NCBI GenBank assembly: GCA_934168325.1
Contig: CAKPNG010000005.1
Span: 1 to 61,733, forward strand
Direction: 5' to 3'
Length of the DNA stretch: 61,733 nt
From: an uncultured Bacilli bacterium
GTDB taxonomy: Bacteria; Bacillota_I; Bacilli_A; RFN20; CAG-826
Under the pieces are notes generated by a model. That model had not been told where the DNA came from and ran no database searches. It was given only the letters and a program-made list of their open reading frames with translations. The position numbers and the translations under genes were made by a program. Shown here one piece after another: positions 11,118 through 20,382 of the stretch. How positions within the stretch are numbered: the stretch's first letter is position 1; every line of letters starts with the position of its first letter.

Positions 11118-12250
11118 TTACTAAGACTCCTTCCATAATCAATTAATACAACTTCTTCACTATCTTTATTAATTGTTTCATTATCTTTAATAACAGTATT
11201 AGGTCCAATAATTGCATTATTTACATAAGCATTTTTACCAATTTTTACTCCAGGCATTAAAACTGAATCCTTAACAGTAGCATTTTTATCTATAAAAACT
11301 TCATTAGAAATAACACTAGAATTGACATTTCCGTAAATAATTGCCCCTTGATTTATCAAACAATTACTAACTTTAGCATCTTTTGAAATAAATTGAGGAG
11401 TTGAGTGAGTATCTTCACTATAAATTTGAGGATATTCACTAAATCTAATTGTTTCACTATTTCTATTATTAGGTAAAAGTTCCATATTAGCTTGATGAAG
11501 TGAAGATAAAGTACCAACATCACGCCAATAACCTTTAAATCTATAAGCAACAATTTTCTTATTATTATTTAATAAATAAGGAATAATATTCTTACCAAAA
11601 TCATGAGAACTATTTTCATTTTTAGCATCAAGTAAAAGAGCTTTTTTTAATTCTTTATAAGTGAAAATATATACACCCATACTAGCTAAATTTGATTTAG
11701 GAACTTTAGGTTTTTCAACAAATTTAGTAATAACATCATTATTATCAACTTCTAAAATACCAAATCTACTAGCTTCATAAATTGGTACTTCTAAAACACT
11801 AATTGTACAACTAGCACCAGTTTTAATATGGAGATCAAGCATTTCATTATATTGAGCTTTATATATATGATCACCACTTAAAATAAGAACATATTCAGGA
11901 TCTTCATCATCTAAAAAATCAATGTTTTGATAGATTGCATCAGCTGTTCCTTTATACCAATTAGCACCTTCTTCAGTTTGTCGAGGTGATAAACATAAAC
12001 ATTTACCCCCAACACCGTTAAAGCCCCATTTTTCACCATTGCCTATATAATTATTTAAGACAATAGATTCATATTGAATCAAAACTCCGCAAGTATCAAT
12101 ACCACTATTTGCAACATTTGATAAAGAAAAATCAATAATACGATATTTCCCACCAAAATAAACTGCAGGTTTAGCAATTTTCTTGGTCAAAGCCTGTAAT
12201 CTAGTTCCCTTACCACCAGCTAAGATCATTGCTACACACTGTTTAGACAT
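11114..12250 (-). CDS. glgC: glucose-1-phosphate adenylyltransferase
   Basis: 'AMILAGGKGTRL..LT...AKPAV.FGGKYRIIDF.LSN' is the GlgC signature. GGAGG RBS at 12257-12261. Confidence 0.93.
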   Translation of the reverse strand: MSKQCVAMILAGGKGTRLQALTKKIAKPAVYFGGKYRIIDFSLSNVANSGIDTCGVLIQYESIVLNNYIGNGEKWGFNGVGGKCLCLSPRQTEEGANWYKGTADAIYQNIDFLDDEDPEYVLILSGDHIYKAQYNEMLDLHIKTGASCTISVLEVPIYEASRFGILEVDNNDVITKFVEKPKVPKSNLASMGVYIFTYKELKKALLLDAKNENSSHDFGKNIIPYLLNNNKKIVAYRFKGYWRDVGTLSSLHQANMELLPNNRNSETIRFSEYPQIYSEDTHSTPQFISKDAKVSNCLINQGAIIYGNVNSSVISNEVFIDKNATVKDSVLMPGVKIGKNAYVNNAIIGPNTVIKDNETINKDSEEVVLIDYGRSLSK

Positions 12251-12279
12251 ATAAGACCTCCTTTAATCTATTATATATA

Positions 12280-15200
12280 CTAATCTTCTTTCGAATATAA
12301 TAATACACAACTACTATTCTTATCGTGGCTAACAAGTAATGTTTCATCAACAAGTTCAGCTATATCTCCAATTTTTTCAGGAGGTGTAGATAAAATAACT
12401 TGTAAATTAAATCTTCTTAATAATTTAACAGCTTCAATAATTCTTTCACGGTCCATCTTAGAGAAAGCTTCATCGAATATAATCATACGAATTGTATTAG
12501 CGATTTCTCCTTCATCATGAACGTGATAAAGTTGAGCAAAACTTGCTAAGACAGAAATATAGAATGGAGTTTGAGTTTCACCACCGGATTTCTTCTTAAT
12601 CATCTTAGATAATCTTTGTTCTTCACCACTATTCTTATTATACACTATTAAATCAAAATCTAAGTAGCTACGATAATCAGTAAACTTTTCAATATTTTGT
12701 AATAAAGCACTATTTCTTTCATTATTTCCGATATCAACGATTTGTCTAAATAAATCTTCCATGACATCTTTATATTTTTCTAAGAATGGGGTTTCATCTT
12801 CTCCAGTATCTAAAATGATATCATCTTTAAGCATGTCATAATATCTTCTATAAACTTGAGAAGGTTTAACAGTGAATCTATATAAATCGCTTCCAAAGCT
12901 TGATTCTTTTAAAGCAACATTTAAATTAGCAATTTGATCTTCAACATCTTCAATTGCACTTCTTAATTTGAAGATAAAATCATCTTTAAATTGTTGAGTT
13001 GCTTTATGATAAGAATCTTCAATTTTTGCACGATATTCAGGAAGTTTAACTTCTTTAAATTCATTTAATTCTTTATCAAAATCATCATTAACTACTTTTT
13101 CAGGATCAAAAGATAAATGATAATCATGTAAATAATCTCTTCTTAATTTAACAAGTTGATTGAAAATATTATTTACAACATATTGTAATCTAGTGAATCC
13201 AGCTGTATTTTCTTGATAAATTTGAATATAAGATTTTCTTGAATCAAGTTCTAATTCTAAAATTGGAACACATTTAGTATTAACAAATTCTAAATCATAA
13301 GCATTTGCAAGCTCAGTTTCCATTTGTAAAATCTTAGATTCTTCTTCTTTAATTTTTTCAGTTTTTAAATTTTTAATTTCAGTTGTTAAATTACCTTTTT
13401 CTAAAATTAAAGATTCATTAGATTTATTAATAGAATTAATATCATCACTAACATCTTTTAATCTCTTATCTAAAGAATTAATTAATGTAGTATCATGTTC
13501 ACTAAGTTCATTTTCAATATAATCTAAGCTAGATTTTAAGCCTTTTAATTGAGCTAATTTCTCAATTGTTTTAGTAATATTGATAATTTCATTACTATTG
13601 AGGGCTTCTAAATTATTAGCTTCAGTAATAACACTATGTAAACTACGATAAATTCCTAAATTAGATAAATTAGAATTTAATTCACTACTTTTTTCTTTTA
13701 AGAAACGAGCATCTAATTTACGACCAATAAAACTATTTTGATAAATACGTGGATTTATCTTATTAAAAGCGAAATTACGATAAACATCACATTCTTTAGT
13801 AATACCATTTCCACTATTTCTAGCTTCTTCAATATTAGTTGATTTATGTAAACGACCAATTAAGAAATTAGTATAAGCTCTAGCACCTTCATGATCTGTA
13901 ATAATTTCAGTAGCTAAAGAAGCTTTATCCATATCGAAATCTCTTTCGATAATCTTTTCTTGGTCAATTAAAGCAATGCCATATAATCTAACTTCATCGA
14001 TAATTCTTCTAAATATCTTATAAGCATCAATATAATATTTAGGAGCAACAAATAAATTAAATCTTTGTCCACCTAAAAATCCTTCGATTGCATTAGACCA
14101 ACTTAAGTCTTTTATATCGATTAAATCAGCATAAATTTCAACTGGTATATCACGATTAAATTTCTCTTTAAGTTCTTTTTCAAGTCTAGATTTAACTATG
14201 ATTAATGTACGATCATAAGGCTTAGTACCTGTATCACGAATTCCTCTTTCTTCTTCTTTTAAAGAAGCAATCTTTTTCTCAATATTTTGAATAGCTCTAG
14301 CAATTGAAGTAGCTAAAGAACTAACTTTATTTTTAAAACTTGCTAAATGGATACGATAATTCTCTAAGTTTTCTTTATCCAATAACATTAAATTAGATAA
14401 ATAATTATCTTTAAATTTCATTGATTCATCAAAAACAACTTGAGCATCATGCTCTAAATCTAAAAGTTCACGGTCTTTATCTTCATCTAAGAAATCTCTA
14501 TCAAATGTTGATAATTTCTTTAATAAAGAAGAAGTTGCTTTTATATAATTATCAGTATAACGAGTTAAATTTTCTTTAACTTCATTTTCTTCAAATTTTA
14601 TAGCATCAATTTTAGCACTGATTTCACGTTTTTCTTCGATTAATTCATCAGTAATTTTAACTGTATCATTATTAGCTTTATCGCTAATTAAATTAGCTCT
14701 TCTTCTTTCAAGTTCTTCTAAATTAGATTTATTTTCATTTAGTTCAACATCGATTTCATTGATTCTTTTAGTAGCTTTTAAAACTTCATTTTTAAAACTA
14801 TTTAGTTTATCTTTACTCATTTCGAGTTGACATCTTTGAATAATATATTGAGAAACAGTTAATTTTTCTTTATTTGTTTTATATATATTATAAGTATTAG
14901 CAATTTCATCAAGTTGATTTACACGAAGTTCAATTGCTTCAGCTTCTTTTTCTAGTCTTTTATATTGAAGAATATTATCTTGAAGAGCTTCTAAATTAAT
15001 ATCAGCTTGTGGATCACAAACGTATTCTGTAATAAAAGTAGTAATATCAGTAATTGGAGAGAAACTACTAGCTTTTTTAAGTAGGCTAAAATATTTATCT
15101 TTAAGACCACCAAATTTCTTCTTTAAGAAATCTTGATATTGTCGATTAGAATCGAAGAATTGATAATCATTTTTATCATAATTAGTAGCAAAATATTTAG

Positions 15201-15654
15201 CTAAATCTTTATATTCCATTGGATATTTATCAACAATGAATTCATTTTCAGGAATTTTATCATTAGTTGAGAAGAAATGATGTTCTTCACTACCATCATT
15301 TGAAGTATCAAAAACAATACCCATAGTAAAATATGAATCATGTAAATCATCATAAAATTCAAGAGCAATATAAGAAGTAAAACGTCCATTTCTTAAATAT
15401 TTAAAATCACCTTCAGCAGTATCACCAATTTCACCACGAAGATAACCTTTTAAAGTACGAGCACTTTTATCCATAGCAGCTTTATTAAAGAATCTACCAG
15501 TGGTATCTCCTAATAAAACTAAAGATAAAGCATCGATTAAAGTCGATTTACCTGATGCATTTTTACCAGTTAAAAATACTATTTGTTTAAATTCTACAGT
15601 TTGATTCCAAAAATAATGCCAATTTATAATTTTTGCTTTAGTAAGTGATTTCAT
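12280..15654 (-). CDS. SMC-like ATPase resembling Wadjet JetC / condensin MksB
   Basis: N-terminal P-loop 'FLTGKNASGKSTLIDAL', a very long coiled-coil middle, C-terminal 'SGGETQTPFYISVLASF' and Walker B 'MIIFDEAFSKMD'. Length is 1124 aa. GGAGGA lies 8 nt before the ATG. Confidence 0.7.
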   Translation of the reverse strand: MKSLTKAKIINWHYFWNQTVEFKQIVFLTGKNASGKSTLIDALSLVLLGDTTGRFFNKAAMDKSARTLKGYLRGEIGDTAEGDFKYLRNGRFTSYIALEFYDDLHDSYFTMGIVFDTSNDGSEEHHFFSTNDKIPENEFIVDKYPMEYKDLAKYFATNYDKNDYQFFDSNRQYQDFLKKKFGGLKDKYFSLLKKASSFSPITDITTFITEYVCDPQADINLEALQDNILQYKRLEKEAEAIELRVNQLDEIANTYNIYKTNKEKLTVSQYIIQRCQLEMSKDKLNSFKNEVLKATKRINEIDVELNENKSNLEELERRRANLISDKANNDTVKITDELIEEKREISAKIDAIKFEENEVKENLTRYTDNYIKATSSLLKKLSTFDRDFLDEDKDRELLDLEHDAQVVFDESMKFKDNYLSNLMLLDKENLENYRIHLASFKNKVSSLATSIARAIQNIEKKIASLKEEERGIRDTGTKPYDRTLIIVKSRLEKELKEKFNRDIPVEIYADLIDIKDLSWSNAIEGFLGGQRFNLFVAPKYYIDAYKIFRRIIDEVRLYGIALIDQEKIIERDFDMDKASLATEIITDHEGARAYTNFLIGRLHKSTNIEEARNSGNGITKECDVYRNFAFNKINPRIYQNSFIGRKLDARFLKEKSSELNSNLSNLGIYRSLHSVITEANNLEALNSNEIINITKTIEKLAQLKGLKSSLDYIENELSEHDTTLINSLDKRLKDVSDDINSINKSNESLILEKGNLTTEIKNLKTEKIKEEESKILQMETELANAYDLEFVNTKCVPILELELDSRKSYIQIYQENTAGFTRLQYVVNNIFNQLVKLRRDYLHDYHLSFDPEKVVNDDFDKELNEFKEVKLPEYRAKIEDSYHKATQQFKDDFIFKLRSAIEDVEDQIANLNVALKESSFGSDLYRFTVKPSQVYRRYYDMLKDDIILDTGEDETPFLEKYKDVMEDLFRQIVDIGNNERNSALLQNIEKFTDYRSYLDFDLIVYNKNSGEEQRLSKMIKKKSGGETQTPFYISVLASFAQLYHVHDEGEIANTIRMIIFDEAFSKMDRERIIEAVKLLRRFNLQVILSTPPEKIGDIAELVDETLLVSHDKNSSCVLLYSKED

Positions 15655-16279
15655 TATTTAAGTCCTCCGATTTTTTATTTATTTCATCTAAAATATTGCT
15701 CATAGAAATGATTTTATCGTTATTTAATGCATAAACTATACTAGGTAAGATATAAAAACTAACATTACCTTCATCATAACTTCCACTAACTTTAGAAATA
15801 ATATTATGATTAGCTAAAAATCTTAAACTTCTAGCAAGTCCACGACCACTAAGTCTTTTTCCAGGCATAACAATATTGTGATCAAGCATTTCTTTAATTA
15901 ACATTGGGGTAGTCATATAAATTGAAACACCAGCTTCATTAGATTCAGATTTTTCATTTTCATAAATTAATCTTAATGCAAATAAAACTAAGCTAGTTTC
16001 TCTATCAATTCTAAGACGATTATCGTAATATTCATTACTTAAAGCAACAACACCTAAAATATTATCTTTTTCAACATGCCAACCACTAAATTTAAGATAT
16101 CCTTCAAATACGTCAAAATATCTTTCCATAAATCTATAATCAGGATTAACTCTCATTATTTTTTCTTTTGCATCAAATATATCTCTTACTATAAAGCCTT
16201 TAAGTAATAATCTATTACAAACTTCAGCAAATTTACTTTGATCGCCAGCAGGCATTTTTATAAAATCATCACTAAACAT
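15638..16279 (-). CDS. JetB/MksE-like (DUF4194-like) subunit
   Basis: 213 aa, the typical size and position between the kleisin-like and SMC-like genes. It overlaps the next gene by 17 nt. The assignment rests on sequence impression only. Confidence 0.55.
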   Translation of the reverse strand: MFSDDFIKMPAGDQSKFAEVCNRLLLKGFIVRDIFDAKEKIMRVNPDYRFMERYFDVFEGYLKFSGWHVEKDNILGVVALSNEYYDNRLRIDRETSLVLFALRLIYENEKSESNEAGVSIYMTTPMLIKEMLDHNIVMPGKRLSGRGLARSLRFLANHNIISKVSGSYDEGNVSFYILPSIVYALNNDKIISMSNILDEINKKSEDLNNEITY

Positions 16280-16281
16280 AA

Positions 16282-17709
16282 TTAGTTATTCTCCTTTCTT
16301 TTGAATAAAAAGTGTGGAACACGATAATGATTATTAATAATCTTCTTATCGTCCACTAATTCGATTGTATAAAAACAATCTTTATTATCTTTTTTAACAG
16401 TAGCAAAAATTAAACAAATAAATGCTTCAAAATTAGTTAATGGCATGTCTTCAACTCTTAAAGTATCGCTATCACCGAAACAATTTTCCATAAATTCATA
16501 AATTTTTTCATCAGTATAAATATTCTTTGTAGCTTCTAAGAAATCTTTCATGATTTCATCATTTGCAAAATCAAAATCAACGATTTGCATTGGTGAAGTA
16601 TCTTCGTTATATTTTCTTAAAATTGGGAATGTAATTGATTCGCTATCAACATATCCTTGTTCATATAAATAGATTGAATCTTGCATTTTAGATAAAATCT
16701 TTGATAAAGAACGAGGATCATTAACTGATTTAGAATAAGCTTTAAATATATTTTCTAAATGTCCTTTAATAGATTTATCATTATTATTTAAATAAAGAAT
16801 CTTATTAGTAGAAGATTTAGTATAAGCGCTATTTTCTTTATCAATATGATTAATTACACTATTTAAAGAGTGATAAGTATCAGTTATATAATTAATTTTT
16901 GTAATAATATCTTTTTCAATTTCTTCTTTAGGTAAACTAGTATTTGCAATACTTGAAAGTAAAACTAATTTATTTCTAATTTCTTTATTATTTAACCAAT
17001 TTTCTAATATTGTAATAATTGGTCTTTTAAATTTAGCGACACTATCGAATGTTTTTAATGGATGATAATATCTATCTAAAATTTTATATTTATAAACATC
17101 AAAGAAATCATACAATACTTCATTTGTTTGAAACATCTTACCTAATTTAGATTGGAAGATTCTAATTGAGTGAGATAAAGTAATGAGTTCAACTTTTAAT
17201 TTTTTAGTATTTTCATAACATCTTACTAAAGTTATATACATTAAATCATCTTGCTCTTCATCTTCTAATTTAAGTTCACTATAAGTTGAATGAACTAAAC
17301 TTAAATATGGAGATTCTTCATCACCAATGATGTCTCTAAAAGTTTTTAAAATAAAAATAGAATAAACAGGTAAGATAATTGTTTCTTCCATTGTTTCAGT
17401 ATTCATCGCGATATTTATCCAACCAGTTTCTTCAAGTCTTCTAACTAAAAAACTTGCTTTGGTTGACAAATTATCAATAATAATATTTTCGTCTGATTTA
17501 AAGTCTTCCTCTTCTTCTAATAAATCAAGGTTTTCTAATTCCTTTTTTCCTTTTTCTTTAAGTGCTTTAATATAGTCAGTTTTATTGATTGCGTTTTCAT
17601 CATTTTCAAGCATTTCATAAAGGATTAGCAAACTTTCAGCATAAATAGAGCGGTTTTTACCAGAAAAAATTGAGAAATATTTTATAGGTAATATATCAAA
17701 TAAATTCAC
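16282..17709 (-). CDS. JetA/MksF-like (kleisin-like) subunit
   Basis: 475 aa and first gene of the triplet. It has a GTG start (17707-17709) with AAGAGGG 9 nt upstream. The assignment rests mainly on size and order. Confidence 0.5.
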   Translation of the reverse strand: MNLFDILPIKYFSIFSGKNRSIYAESLLILYEMLENDENAINKTDYIKALKEKGKKELENLDLLEEEEDFKSDENIIIDNLSTKASFLVRRLEETGWINIAMNTETMEETIILPVYSIFILKTFRDIIGDEESPYLSLVHSTYSELKLEDEEQDDLMYITLVRCYENTKKLKVELITLSHSIRIFQSKLGKMFQTNEVLYDFFDVYKYKILDRYYHPLKTFDSVAKFKRPIITILENWLNNKEIRNKLVLLSSIANTSLPKEEIEKDIITKINYITDTYHSLNSVINHIDKENSAYTKSSTNKILYLNNNDKSIKGHLENIFKAYSKSVNDPRSLSKILSKMQDSIYLYEQGYVDSESITFPILRKYNEDTSPMQIVDFDFANDEIMKDFLEATKNIYTDEKIYEFMENCFGDSDTLRVEDMPLTNFEAFICLIFATVKKDNKDCFYTIELVDDKKIINNHYRVPHFLFKRKENN

Positions 17710-17738
17710 TTTAATTGGCCCTCTTAATAGTCTTAATT

Positions 17739-17747
17739 ATTATAGCA
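17739..17747 (-). promoter_or_regulatory. candidate extended -10 promoter (TGcTATAAT) for the jetA-like gene
   Basis: The minus strand reads TGCTATAAT about 30 nt upstream of the GTG start. The -35 is weak. Confidence 0.4.
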
Positions 17748-17854
17748 TAAAAACATTTTATATATTAATATAATTTGTATGTTTTTTATAAAAAAATTGA
17801 ATGACGATTATATAATACTTTTAATTAAATATTTTTAAATAAAAAGTAAATTAT

Positions 17855-18718
17855 TTAGTCATTAATTTTTAAATAAGGTTCAATTTTTAGTCCTATTTTA
17901 TTTATAATTTCTAGCCCTAATTCAATTGCTTTATCATTAAGACAAGATGGGTCATGAGCATCTAATCCAATAATAATTTTTAAGCCATCTTCTTGATATT
18001 TTTTAATATATTCAAAGAAATTAATATTAGGATAAGGATAATTTTTATAATCTTTATAACCCCATGACTTAGAATTTCTAATTCCATTAATATTAAATTC
18101 TAAATAAACATTATTTTTAATTGCTTCAAGACATAATTCATCAATTCTATCTAATATATGTTTATTAAAATGAGTATTAAAATCACTTAAATAAGAAACA
18201 CAAAATAAATCAGGATGAGCAATAACTTTAAATAATTTAGATTTAATAGCACTAATTATAGTGTCAAAATATCCATCAACATTATCTTCATTAATTTCAG
18301 AAAAACTATTAATAAGTTTTCCTTTATAACTATAAAAATGAACACCTAAAATCATATAATCAAGTTTAGATCTTAAATACTTATAATATTCGATATCATC
18401 GATAAAAAATTCAGTTTCACTACCTTTATAAATCTTAATTTTATCTTTATATTTAATAATTGCTTCATCTATTTCTTTTAAATAAATATTTAAAAAAGAA
18501 TATAAACTCATATTTAAATTTAAATAATTTTTATGTAATTTTACTTTGTCAAAATAAGCTAAATCAATTGGGTTATGATCTGAAAATCCTAATTCAATAA
18601 ATCCTAAATCAATCGCTTTTAAAACATAATCAAAAACATCGCCATTAGCATGATTACATAAATAAGTATGAGTGTGATAATTAGCTTTAATTTCTTTCAT
18701 TTCACATATTATATTCAA
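17855..18718 (-). CDS. PHP-domain phosphoesterase, HisJ/HisK histidinol-phosphatase family
   Basis: 'YHTHTYLCNHA', 'FSDHN', 'GSETE', 'GVHF', 'AHPDL' and 'GLDAHD' match the PHP metal-ligand pattern in HisJ order. Confidence 0.75.
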   Translation of the reverse strand: MNIICEMKEIKANYHTHTYLCNHANGDVFDYVLKAIDLGFIELGFSDHNPIDLAYFDKVKLHKNYLNLNMSLYSFLNIYLKEIDEAIIKYKDKIKIYKGSETEFFIDDIEYYKYLRSKLDYMILGVHFYSYKGKLINSFSEINEDNVDGYFDTIISAIKSKLFKVIAHPDLFCVSYLSDFNTHFNKHILDRIDELCLEAIKNNVYLEFNINGIRNSKSWGYKDYKNYPYPNINFFEYIKKYQEDGLKIIIGLDAHDPSCLNDKAIELGLEIINKIGLKIEPYLKIND

Positions 18719-18896
18719 TTTAGGTTATAAAGTTAATTTAAATGAGTTAATTTTAAATAACTAATTATAGAATTGTTCATAATTATTTGTTTTATTACTA
18801 TATGAAATTAATTATGTAATAAATTATTTTTTACTATAATTTATATTAAATACATCATAAAAAAATTATTTTAATTATGCTGAATATGAAATAAAA

Positions 18897-19094
18897 TTAT
18901 TCTTTTCTTGTTAAAATAAAAACAATAAGTACTCCAAAAAGTGAAAACATTAATGCTAAAAAAGTAAGTATTATAATGAAATCTTGGTTATATCCCGAAA
19001 GCGTTACATAAGAAATTACAAAAGTCAAAATAGTTGTAATTATAGACAAAATAACAGAAATTATTCTAAAATTTAATTTTTTAATACCCTTCAT
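18897..19094 (-). CDS. possible small two-TM membrane protein
   Basis: 65 aa and hydrophobic, but the AGGA abuts the ATG, so the RBS spacing is poor. Confidence 0.3.
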   Translation of the reverse strand: MKGIKKLNFRIISVILSIITTILTFVISYVTLSGYNQDFIIILTFLALMFSLFGVLIVFILTRKE

Positions 19095-19258
19095 TCCTAA
19101 TTTATTTCACTTTATTTTTTTTAGGAATTATTCAACATATTTTATTAAGCAACTTCTCCTTTGTATTTATAATATTAGTGTAAATAAATAGTAAAATTAT
19201 TTATTAATGTTTATAATAATTTGAAAGGATTATTATAAAGTTATTAAAGAATTAAATT

Positions 19259-20203
19259 ATGCCATCAACTCTCACTCATTACACATTTCTAACATTAGTA
19301 GAACCTAATATTTCTAAGATTGGTTTTATAGGCGCTCAAGGTCCTGATCCTTTCTTTTTTAATTTTGCTAGTTTAAATAAAGGTAAAGATTCTAAAAAGA
19401 TTGAAGAATGTGGGCATTTTTTACATGATATTAATCCTATTAAAACCTTTTTATATTTTATAAATAGAATTAAAGAAAGTAAAAATAATAAAGAAAAGAA
19501 AGCTTTATATGATTATTTAAAAGGTATGACATCTCATTATGCTTTAGATGCTACTACTCATCCTTTTATTTTTTATAATTCTGGATTTGTTATTAGCGAT
19601 AAAGATAATTCTCATAACTTCTTTTTATCTCATGCTGCTATTGAATCAAGTATTGATCGTCTTGTTAGTGATAAATTTAATATTAATAAAAGTCCATCTA
19701 AGATGCTTTCTTTTAATAAGAAAGATTTAAAAATAGTTTCTAATGTTTTTTATAATTATTTAAATGATGAATTTAAATTAGATTTTATTAAAAATAAAAC
19801 ATTTTATATTGCTTTAAAAAGAATGAGATTTGTATATAGAGTTATATATTCTAAGCATCCTTATAAGAAAAATTTATTTAGAAAAGTAGCGAATAAATCA
19901 GCAATAAATGTATTTTCTACTCCAACTACAAAGCAAGTTCTTCCTTATGATTTTTTAAATTTAAATCATAAAACTTATACAAGTTGCGTTGATTCTAATA
20001 AAAAATATAATTTTGATTTTTATCAATTAATCGATAAAGCTAAAGATTATTATTTTGTATTATTAAAAGAAATTGATAAACTAATTGATGGTTCTACTTC
20101 TAATCTAGCTGAAGTTATTGATAATGTTAATCATAACGGTCATAAAGTAAATGAAGTTATGAAATATTACAACTTAATATGGAACCATAAATTATCAAAA
20201 TAA
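19259..20203 (+). CDS. zinc-dependent phospholipase C-like family protein (metal-dependent hydrolase)
   Basis: N-terminal 'STLTHY', then 'GAQGPDPFFF', 'HFLHD' and 'SHYALDATTHPFI' resemble the Zn_dep_PLPC family. No clear SD. Confidence 0.45.
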   Translation: MPSTLTHYTFLTLVEPNISKIGFIGAQGPDPFFFNFASLNKGKDSKKIEECGHFLHDINPIKTFLYFINRIKESKNNKEKKALYDYLKGMTSHYALDATTHPFIFYNSGFVISDKDNSHNFFLSHAAIESSIDRLVSDKFNINKSPSKMLSFNKKDLKIVSNVFYNYLNDEFKLDFIKNKTFYIALKRMRFVYRVIYSKHPYKKNLFRKVANKSAINVFSTPTTKQVLPYDFLNLNHKTYTSCVDSNKKYNFDFYQLIDKAKDYYFVLLKEIDKLIDGSTSNLAEVIDNVNHNGHKVNEVMKYYNLIWNHKLSK

Positions 20204-20206
20204 TTG

Positions 20207-20235
20207 TTGTATTCTAAATTAGTTATATATATAAT
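20207..20235 (+). promoter_or_regulatory. candidate sigma-A promoter of the infC operon
   Basis: TTGTAT (20207-20212), 17-nt spacer, TATAAT (20230-20235). Confidence 0.45.
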
Positions 20236-20241
20236 ATTAAC

Positions 20242-20365
20242 CGAACGTAGAAAGAAAAGCGCCTGCTTCTCACCAGATTAATAAATTAATTAATTGGTCA
20301 ATAGCTACAAATGTTAATTTTGTAAACTCAACGGGCGCATGAATTTATGCGTCCGTTTTATTTAT
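20242..20365 (+). promoter_or_regulatory. L20-type ribosomal-protein leader with intrinsic terminator (attenuator) upstream of infC-rpmI-rplT
   Basis: This is a GC-enriched leader in AT-rich DNA. The hairpin is ACGGGCGCAT (20331-20340) / ATGCGTCCGT (20347-20356) followed by a T-run. An upstream GCGCC (20259-20263) can pair with GGCGC in the 5' arm, giving an alternative structure. Confidence 0.6.
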
Positions 20366-20382
20366 CTCAGGAGGAAAATACT

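Noticed and set aside
20347-20382. ATG at 20347 as the infC start, giving the N-terminal extension MRPFYLSQEENT.
   Set aside because: The ATG is part of the leader terminator stem and has no SD. A perfect AGGAGG precedes the in-frame ATA at 20383 instead.
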